Of a stretch of DNA of 64,000 nt, positions 54,313 through 64,000 are shown in pieces. The DNA is taken from NCBI RefSeq assembly GCF_006345805.1, contig NC_042999.1, forward strand, positions 78,616,001-78,680,000, in the 5' to 3' direction. The stretch's first letter is position 1; the number at the start of each line of letters is the position of its first letter. A model generated the notes under the pieces. It worked only from the letters and a program-made list of their open reading frames with translations, did no database searches and had not been told where the DNA came from. The translations under genes and the position numbers were made by a program. Origin of the DNA: Octopus sinensis (taxonomy: Eukaryota).

Positions 54313-54552
54313 ATATATATATATACAGTATATATAAATATGTATGTATACACACACATATACATACAAACAGACAAAAACATGTCTACATACGTATAAG
54401 ATACTTTTAATTAAATACAAAACAATTAAAATTAATTGAATAAGGAACTTACTATGTGACAGGAGTGAATGTTTTTTAGAAAGATTAACAGTTGCTATTA
54501 CAATTTACCCAACACTCACACGTATTTGTGTATGTACGCGCGCGCGCGCACA

Positions 54553-54585
<33 letters not shown>

Positions 54586-54731
54586 TCACACACACATGCA
54601 CGCATCGATGCAGGCATGGCTGTGTGGTTAAGAAGCTCGTTTTTCAACAACGAGGTTTCGGGTTCAATACCTGTGCATAACACTTGTCATCTCTCTCTAT
54701 TTGCACACACACATGTATATATATATATGTC

Positions 54732-54765
<34 letters not shown>

Positions 54766-54802
54766 TAGATATAGATATATATGTGTGCACGTATGCATAG
54801 AT

Positions 54803-55220
54803 AACGTTAGTACGCCGAGTAAAATGCTTAGCGGTATTTCGTCTGTGTTTACGTTCTGAGTTCAAATTCCGTCGAGGTCGACTTTGCCTTTCATCATTTC
54901 GGGGTCGATAAATTAAGTACTAGTTGCGTACTGTGGTCAATATAATCGACTGGCCTCCTCTCCCAAAGTTTCGGGCCTTGTACCTTGAGTAGGAAAGAAC
55001 AACTAAAATAATTTAAAGGCGGCAAGCTGGTAGAATGGGTAGCACGCTGGGCAAACTGGCATTACAACATTTCAGCCATCTTTGCGCTCTGAGTTCAAAT
55101 TCTGTCGGCTTTGCTTTTTCATCCCTTTTTGTGGGGTCGATAAAATAAATACCAGTTGAACACTGGGGATCAATGTAATTGACTTACACCTCCCCTCACG
55201 TTGCTGGCCTTGTACCATAA
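54803..55220 (+). mobile_element. Two tandem SINE family A copies
   Basis: Family-A motif at about 54803-55000 and 55015-55220. Confidence 0.8.
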
Positions 55221-55503
55221 ACATGTGTGCATTCGTATATATACTAACATTCTAGCTTCCTCCGCTCTTTCCGTATGAACGTATGCATGTATACATATAT
55301 ATACATGGATGTGTGTCTGCATACATATATTTGTGCGTGTGTTTATGTGTGTACAGATATATAAACGCCTTGTATTCGTATGTGTTTGTGTGTGGTTTAA
55401 TATAAACATATATACTCGCATAGACCAACATTTATAGAGACATTTGTGTTTATGTTTTCTACTAATAAGAACACCTGATACTCTATGCATGCGTATACAT
55501 ACA

Positions 55504-55577
<74 letters not shown>

Positions 55578-55767
55578 ATATATATATAGTGTGCATAGAC
55601 ATTGGCACATATATACATAACATGGACATATGTATGTGTGTATGCGTGTATTCAAACGCCCTTATAAGGACGAATTCTCTTGCATATGAATTTAGACATC
55701 TACAAACACACACACACATTGAAATTTAAGGACGCTGTACATATATCTGTGAGTATACGTATGTACG

Positions 55768-55816
<49 letters not shown>

Positions 55817-55835
55817 GTGTGTTTTTATGTATATA

Positions 55836-55885
<50 letters not shown>

Positions 55886-56675
55886 TTGTGCTTGTTTGTA
55901 TAAATGTATATTTATATGTATATGTATATAGGTATGCGTCTGTGTGTGTTTGTGTATACATGTCGTAGATTATTGTCTTGGGATTCCACAGCCAAATGGT
56001 TCCTCTAACCTTTCCAAATCAATTAAATTCAACACGGATATGTTTTGCTTCTGTCTCCGATTCCATCCCGTTTTTCTTTCTATTCTGTTTCCTCCTTTCT
56101 CGCTTATATTCGTTCTTTCTCGCTCTCTTTCCTTCCTTGATTCTTTCTCCTTTACTTTCCTTTTTTTTTTCTCGTTTCAGGGGCTTCATGACCTCTAGTG
56201 ACCCTAATAGACGCAAAGGGGCGTGTGGGCGTTACCGTTCTGATTAGATAGATGTACAATGAAAATAAAGAATTGAAACCTAGGGAGTTAAATGGGGGAT
56301 CCTTAGCAGCTTATATAGTGATTGTTGTTGTTGCTGCTGTTGTTGTTGTTATTGTGGCGGTGGTGGTGGTGGTGGCGGTGATACATAGTGGAATTGAGAG
56401 TGTAGTGAACGTTCTGTGAGTATTAGTGTTGGTGTAGAAATATCTGTTGTGAAGCTGTAGTAATAGTATATAACTCTATGTGACTCCTGAACTTGTAGAT
56501 CTATGATTAAAGGCGTTTTAACCGTGATCTTACCGTCAATTTCCCCCCCAATCGAGGGAAATTCTGTTGCTATTTCTTGCATTTTGAGCAAAGCATTTCA
56601 GCAGTGAACATACCATGCGTTTTCGGACATGTTCTCTCCAGAATAACATTATCCATTACACCACAGCGTCTAGTC

Positions 56676-57049
56676 CAGTGTTTCCCAACCTATTTTCGCC
56701 CAGGTCCCAATATAGCTTTCCAGAAAGATGTTTGCTCCACTGGTGACATACGTAGGAAAATTAATAATTCATTGACTTCTTATAAGTATATACTTTCCTT
56801 AAAGAAATATCCACACTAGGGAATTAGAATAGTGCTACACAGTAGCAAAGTCTTCACACAATATGCTTGGCTGGAGGGATTGGTTTGACTAGACTTAGTA
56901 TAGGTGTAATATGTTTACTGGTGGCCGGGGGGTGGTGGAGAAAAACTTTTCAGAATTCTATGTTTTGCTACAAAAAAATAGCAACAAAAAATTTTGGATC
57001 TCACGCCCATCCACAATTTTCCCAGGTCCCACCATACTGGGAATCACTG
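56676..57049. mobile_element. hAT-type MITE (374 bp)
   Basis: TIRs CAGTGTTTCCCAA and rc CAGTGATTCCCAG; 8-bp TSD GTCTAGTC/GACTAGTC (7/8 match). Confidence 0.8.
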
Positions 57050-57914
57050 GACTAGTCTGTTCATGTATACGTATTAGTTCTGAAAGAAGCCACAACGAAG
57101 ACACACAAACTCAGTCTGACCTTGACAGTTGCTGTGCCTGCATTTACAATTGGTGATGTGTACAGTATCTAGGACAAAATGCTTATTGATATTTTGTTTT
57201 TGAGTATTAGTGGTAGGCAGTGCCTTCTTAAAGCATGGATTCACTGGGCAGTTACTTGGGAGTTCTACGAGTCTAGAGATCAGATGCTAATCTATGTATG
57301 GTGTGGCCTGCTCACAATATATAAATATAGGGGCTTCAGTACATTGCTTTGTCAAGAGTAAGGGCCATAGTACTGTTAAAGCGGCTCCGATAGTTTTGAT
57401 AGCTTTCAGAGTGTGTAGGTATATCCTGTGAGTTTCTGAGTGATCATTCAGATCATAGCAAGGACTTCTACGTTGGAGCTGGGCTGTAACGACAAACCGT
57501 GATTACGTATGGTTTAACACAAAATACCAACGAAAGTCACAAATGTGCCGGCTTCTCGAACCTAAAGGTGGTATTTTATTTCGAGTATTATTGTATTGCA
57601 TTTTTCGATCATATGCTGCTGTGTTTTGTGGAGCTCTAGTTCGCTGTGGACATCTGGGATTCAAACAAAAGGCAAAATAGACTTAATATGCTATTTGTAC
57701 ACTAATATTGATGCATTGAACAGTCAAAAGGCAGAGTTAGTAAGTCCACCATGCTCGTTGCTTTATTTTCTTTGCAATGTCTTCTACGTGTCCAGTAACT
57801 GGTGTAGAAGTGTTGTTACAATTTCTAATATTTTGGTATTTTTGTGTTCTGTAAGCATGGGATGTTTATTCTACTGAATGCAATGACGTCTTGAATTCAT
57901 TACTATTCGGTATT

Positions 57915-58100
57915 GCAAAGCAGAATCGTTAGCATCATTTCGCCTGTCTTTATGTTCTTAATTTAAATTCGGCCGAAGTCGACTTTGCCTTTCATCCTTT
58001 CAGAGTTGATAAAATAAGTACCAGTTGAACACTGGGGTCTATGTAATCGACTTACCACCTCCCCGAACTTACTGGCTTTGTGCCAAAATTTGAAACCATT
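57915..58100 (+). mobile_element. SINE family A
   Basis: GCAGAATCGTTAGC..GCCTTTCATCCTTTC..ATAAGTACCAG motif. Confidence 0.8.
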
Positions 58101-61100
58101 ATTATTTGGTTTTGTTGGCAAGACAGACTATGGTGTTACTATCAGTTTAATTATTTAGGCCACGTTTGGATTAACTGTACATTTGTGCAAAAATGTTGAC
58201 ATACAGAATTATTATATGATCTGTGCATATATAAAGATGAAGGTAGCTCGTGATAAATTAAAAAAAGAATGGATGTGTCAGTGTTTTTGTAGTATTCCGT
58301 CCCGGTAATATAAAATATAGAGCTTTCTGAATTATTATAAAAAAAAATATTTAAGTTGCTTATTTGTTTTTAAATGACAAGCAGTCAATAGAGTTGACGC
58401 TTTTATTGCTACTACTACCAGTAAGAATGGTGTGTGGAACTAATTTTATTCTTGAAGGTTTTTCATGCTTTGTATTGGTCGAGTATAATATTCGGAATAG
58501 AGTGAATCAGTTGTGCGAGGAATGGACTATGTATGCTGACACTGACTGTAATAATTTCTCTCGATGTATATATTGGCTGTATTCTTATGATATTATCCAT
58601 TCTACGAGGCTTTTGTTTTTTGGCATTTTTCTATAGTTTTTCTGTTAGCCAAGGGAAGGAATTGGTCAATGTTATGCCTTAGGTCAGCGATGGTGAACCT
58701 ATATTAGCACCGCATGTCGAAATTGTAATTTCTTTAATAATTTTGCTATTGGAATGTCACTGATATGATAGGTTATAGATGAGTTTTGCGTACCGTAATA
58801 TTGCAAAAAGAAAGTCCATCGCATATCACCTTAAAACCCGCAGAGTGTCACTGATGACAAGATGTCAGAGGTTCGCCACCATTGGTCTCAGTGGAAACTG
58901 TGCATCTTGCATTTTGCTTCTGTACTTTTTTTGTGTTTTAATGATTTACTTTTGAAAAAGGTATTCGATAAAGAGATTTCTTTCTGTTGGAGCGTGTTTA
59001 CGTTACTTGAAGTTGTTATTGTAACGTTGTAGTTGTTGATGCTACTAATTTGTGTACCGTTTTACTGTTATTTTACGACTTAGGTTGGATTAGAATGACT
59101 GTCAATTTTCTGCTTTCCTTCAGGTTATTTTCTTTCATATTATTTTGGTTTAGTTGCTTAATGCTGAGCTGTATTTATGTTGAATATGGTGTTAACGTGT
59201 TGTGTTTGAGGTTGTCTCTAATTCTTTTTTGTTAGGTCGGCTATTTTAGTTGTGTAATTAGGGTTGTATTTATCTATGCTGTTTTGAACAATTTTTTTTT
59301 CTGAAAGCTTCTACAATTATTTTGCTTCACATATATGTGCTGTGGTATCTATGTCAGTGGTTGTGGTGTCGCTGGTGTTACCGAATTCTGCAAGCAGTAG
59401 TTATGTCTCTTGGTGGTAGGGATTCTATAGGAGCAGTTTTGTTGATTTTGAAACTGTTTTCGTTTCGTTCATTGTTGTAGAGGTGTGTTGTTACGATGGG
59501 CGTAACAGTGATGCTGAAAGTGCTGATGAAGAGGAGGCAGAGGAGAAAGAAAAGGAGGAAGGAAAGGGTAAACATGAGGAAGAAGAGGATAAGAATAAAG
59601 ACTGCAACTACGAAGGTGTTGATAACTAGGAGAGATAATGGTGTCAGTAATGCGATGCACAGTGTCTGCAGTTGGCAGAATTAAAATACCCCAGTGGTCG
59701 CGGTTCGCGATTTCGTTCCCAAGTCGGATCATAGTAAGTAGACCAATGATCAATAGTATTCCAGATATCACCTCACAGCCCTTTTTTTTATACACATATA
59801 TTCCAAAACAACTTTAATTCAATCCATCCTTTTCTTTTCTCAAGACGCTAGGGTATAATTTGAGGTTGATATAGCAGTTATAAGTTGAGGTAGATATGGC
59901 AGTATTATATTCAACGTTGGGTTTAGGATATTGGTGTTGGTGGCAGAGGTGGTAGTGGTGGTAGTGGCAGATGTATCGGTGATGTCGTATGGGGTAGAGC
60001 ATATGGAGGGCGGTGGGAGTAAAGCAATTATAATAGATATCTGTAAAAGAAGAAATGGATAAGAAGCAACAGGTAACGTTTGTGCATGTGTGTGTGTGCG
60101 CGTGTATGAGTGTGTGTATGTGTGTGTGTGTGTGTGGCTGAGTACAGAGGGTTCGGGAGCGGGTCGGGATTTCAGGCAAGGTGTTATTTGTTGATTTAGG
60201 TGGTCTGCTGTTTTGAGGTTTTGAAAAACCTTCGAAAGAGACAAAGGAAGAAAGAAAGACGAAAAGCAAAATGAGCTGCCAATAGCTTAACATTTAATAA
60301 AAAAGAGCAACGAAAAGAAAAATAATAAGCAATTAATGAAAATAAATTAAATAAAGCGTGGGACCCTTTAACAGTCTTGTATTCAGAGTTCATATGATTT
60401 TCTGTTGTATTGTTATATTTCTGAACGGGATATCTAATTTTTCTAAAGGAATAATGAAATCAGTAACAGTTATACGTTAGGGTTGACTCAATAAAATTTA
60501 CTCTTTTGCTTCAACAGTTAGTCCAGCTAGCAGCATTTTTTAAAAAATCATTTCCCAAACTGGTAATGTAGTCTTTGATGCACAATACCTGAAAAATATT
60601 TCTCCCTCACCCATAAAAAAAAATGAGGCGGATCTATGACAAAAGGGCTGGGCTTCATTTGGATAAGGATGTGTTCAGTCAGGCCTTGAACCTTGATGAG
60701 ACATTGTTGTTGTTGCTGTTGTTGTTGTGTAGCCATATAACAGACCTGATCGAGTAGTCAGTCCTACAACATGTTGGTAGTCATGTTGATAGTCGGTCGA
60801 ATGATTAGACGAGATCTTCATATTTGTTTTGTTGCTCCAGTTACACCAAGACTTCGTGTAACTGGGACTTCACTCCTTCACTGCATATGCAGCGAGGAAC
60901 CATAATAAGTTGCAGTACGACAGTCTTCATTGTACAGTCTATTTCTGTTGTTGCTGTGGATGTTTAACTCGAGATCAGTATGACAGAGCAACACTTCGGT
61001 CAGTTTGTTTTAGGGTATTATAGTATTATATTATCCAATATATCCTGTCCTTTAATCAAGAGGATATAATGGGATTTGAGAAAGATAAGTTAACTTTGGC

Positions 61101-61334
61101 TTGGGTGTGACAGTTGCCCTTATCATTGGAATTAGAAAACTTTAAATATATAAGAGAAATAGATTAGGTGAGAAAATTTTCTTTGTGGCTGTTGATGTTT
61201 AACTCCATTTAAATTATGTTTAAATGCATTCCAGTTATGACCATCTAATCTGTGATATAGACATATCTCCGAATGCGTTATACAATGTGCTCTTTTTTGT
61301 AAGACTGCAATTTGAGATAGATTTGTTTTTTTTT

Positions 61335-61880
61335 TTCTACTCTTGGCATAAGGTCCGAAATTTTAGCGGAGGGGAGACAGTCGATTAGATCGACCCCAGT
61401 ACGCAACTGGTACTTAATTTATCGATGAAATGAATTTAGGATGAAAGACAAAGTCGACCTATGCGGGATTTGAAACCAGAGCGTAATGACACACGAAATA
61501 CCGCTAAGCATTTCGCCCGGCGTGCTAACTGGTACTTAATTTATCGATCCCGAAAGGATGAAGGGCAAAGTCGACCTCGGCGGAATTTGAACTCAGAACG
61601 TAACGGCAGACGAACTACGGTTACGCATTTCGCCCGACTTGCTAACGTTTCTTATTTCTTTACTGCTCACAAGGGGTTAGACACAGAGGGGACAAACAAG
61701 GACAGGCAAACGGATTAAGTCGATTATATCGACCCCAGAGCGTAACTGATACTTATTTAATCGATCCCGAAAGGATGAAAGGCAAAGTCAGCCTCGGCGG
61801 AATCAGAACGTAGCGGCAGACGAAATACCGCTAAGTATTTCGCCCGGAGCGCTAACGTTTCTGCCTGCTCGCCGCCTTAG
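61335..61880 (-). mobile_element. SINE family A concatemer (3-4 partial units)
   Basis: Repeated family-A segments joined at short microhomologies. Confidence 0.85.
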
Positions 61881-62524
61881 ATTGGTTACTAATCGTAGCA
61901 GCCAAGTAGAACCTCCGTCAATTTGGTCGTGATCGTAAGCAATAGATATAGCTGTGGGTAACATGTGCAGGAGAGAGAATAAAGTATCATATGGTTTCGA
62001 AATAATTAATAGTAGAGCGGGTAACTTATGAGAGGGCGTATAAAGAGCTATATACATGTGTTATTTACATAGGAATATATGTAGATGTGAGTGGCTATGT
62101 AGACATTCAAAATCGTTCTCGTTGGAGAGAACGATTTTTCTTTTCAAATTAAGTGCTTATAATATTTTATATCAATATATACAAGGTCCGGTAGTTTGTG
62201 AAGTTAGGGTATTTCCAGAGAAACACCCGACCCGAATATTGGGCTATCAACACTGTCGAGTTCCAGGTCAAAGGCGGAATTCCTCAGGTGGAGAAAATTA
62301 AATTTTCCTAACGATTGTACCGTAAAATGGGTTTGACGAAAAGAAGAAAAAGAAAATTCTTTAACACATCTTTAATGTAACGAATTATTAAAGATGTGTT
62401 AAAAAATTTTTCTTTGTCTTCTTGTTATGCTATCTATCTATATGTATACTTATACATACATACATACATACATACATACATACATACATACATACATACA
62501 TACATACATACATACATACATACA

Positions 62525-62560
<36 letters not shown>

Positions 62561-62562
62561 CA

Positions 62563-62626
<64 letters not shown>

Positions 62627-63069
62627 CATACATGTATACATATGTATGTTAATGTATTTATACATACATTACGCGCACACATACACTCATACATATACAT
62701 ATATATATGGATTGGTGAACTTTTATGCATGCACTAGAGAAAGAAAACACACAATACGTAAATAAACTGTGAATATTTTGACAGCAGCTAAAGGCATTCA
62801 ATCACTACTCTGGGTTCCACGTTGCTGATTATTCAAATGATTCTAGTAGATAAATAGGGTGTCAATATATAAACTATTCAATCACGTTTAAATACAAATG
62901 ATTATCGGAAATTTCATTAATGGTGATGAATGCCTGGTTATTGCTTTCAGTACATATTGTATCACTTACTTTTAGGCTGGTAACGCTTTTTATAGTTTCT
63001 GAATTAATAACATGATTAGTTCTGAGGATGGCTTTCTTTAAAGAGTTAGTGAAAATGTTGGAAAGTTAC

Positions 63070-63239
63070 CCATTGTATTTGCTGTTTCATGTATCGTCCT
63101 GGCTTCGTTTAAAGAAATATGCATTCTTAAGTCTTGTAGACCAGCATTTCCTTGAGGTCCAAAGTTATCCTTACGTTTATAAGAATTAACGTTCAAGATT
63201 GTTACAACTGCACCAGAGTCACTACTGCTTACGCAGCTA
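63070..63239 (-). CDS. Candidate coding exon, product unknown
   Basis: TTTTTTTCTGTTCATAG acceptor, G|GTAACT donor; open frame SCVSSSDSGAVVTILNVNSYKRKDNFGPQGNAGLQDLRMHISLNEARTIHETANTM (phase 2 to 1). Confidence 0.35.
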
Positions 63240-63364
63240 CTATGAACAGAAAAAAATACATTTCCATTTCGAACGCGCAAAACTCATCTCTTTTATGTAA
63301 TTACAATAACAATATTTACTTTCTCAAAGACATATCTTGTGCTAAGGTGTGCTTAGAATTGTCA

Positions 63365-63741
63365 TTGACCTTTATTAGTTGAGAATGTCTCTTGGAGGTT
63401 GACGATATGTGCATCTTTGATCACGAGCGGAAGTAGCCATGTGTTGAGAGGAATTCCTTGGTGTTTGGATGATTCAACTCTGCAAACATGGGTGTTTCGT
63501 TCAAAATCCTTAAACACCCCTTATTCAGGGACCTTTTGAGCGGAATAGGCTGCTCGACGTGAAGAAAATTCTAATTGGGACCAGCCTGCAAGATCATGCG
63601 CTGTTTATCTTGATATGAGATCACCATGTCGCGTACATATGGCTGTAATGCATGTGCCTGGTGTACCCTTGTCGGACGGGTAGTCAAGATGGGTACATTG
63701 AGCTTCATGTCACTTTGATAGCATGCATTGCTCTTTCACTC
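63365..63741 (+). mobile_element. Unclassified ~550-bp element, copy 3 (5'-truncated)
   Basis: Matches the 3' two-thirds of copies 1 and 2; followed by (AAT)n. Confidence 0.75.
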
Positions 63742-63766
63742 AATAACAATAATAATAATAATGAGG

Positions 63767-63800
<34 letters not shown>

Positions 63801-63820
63801 CAACAACAATAATAATACAA

Positions 63821-63861
<41 letters not shown>

Positions 63862-64000
63862 ATAATAATAATAATAAATAATAATAATAACAATAATGAT
63901 AATAATAACAATAATAATAATAAGTTAAGAGTAACAACATCACACTAGATAAAACCAATGAAATAAAAGAATTAGACCAAAGCCAAACTTACAAATACTT

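Noticed and set aside
59469-59795. Minus ORF with a signal-peptide-like N-terminus
   Set aside because: The remainder is low-complexity antisense of a purine tract, with no recognisable domain.
61335-61880. Repeat-spacer-like array resembling CRISPR
   Set aside because: Units are SINE fragments of variable length without unique spacers, and the context is eukaryotic.
62190-62290. Minus-strand GIPPLTWNSTV resembling the CAP/SCP motif
   Set aside because: The acceptor is a weak GAG, the spacing to the upstream His is off, and no other CAP motifs are present.

Overview
AT-rich, microsatellite-dense eukaryotic DNA, most likely from an octopus. That is an inference from the tRNA-derived SINE families and the repeat landscape; it was not confirmed by a search. 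I recognise no intact host protein-coding gene. Most long ORFs in the track are translated simple repeats. The window is dominated by decayed mobile elements: two mariners, a full-length DD37D (maT) Tc1/mariner, a Helitron derivative, RTE and L1/Tx1 fragments, three R4/Dong-like restriction-endonuclease LINEs, Penelope-like elements, three SINE families, a hAT MITE and a 610-bp foldback element with a telomere-like spacer. Most notable: (i) three minimal type I hammerhead-ribozyme-like motifs with non-canonical cores, one with a compensatory U3:A8 pair in a Penelope terminal repeat and two in short elements embedded in (TA)n; (ii) an unclassified ~550-bp element always flanked by (TAA)n/(GAT)n that twice sits directly 5' of an R4-like LINE; (iii) several exon-like segments with good splice signals suggesting an unidentified minus-strand transcript spanning the window. 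All alignments and folds were done by eye.
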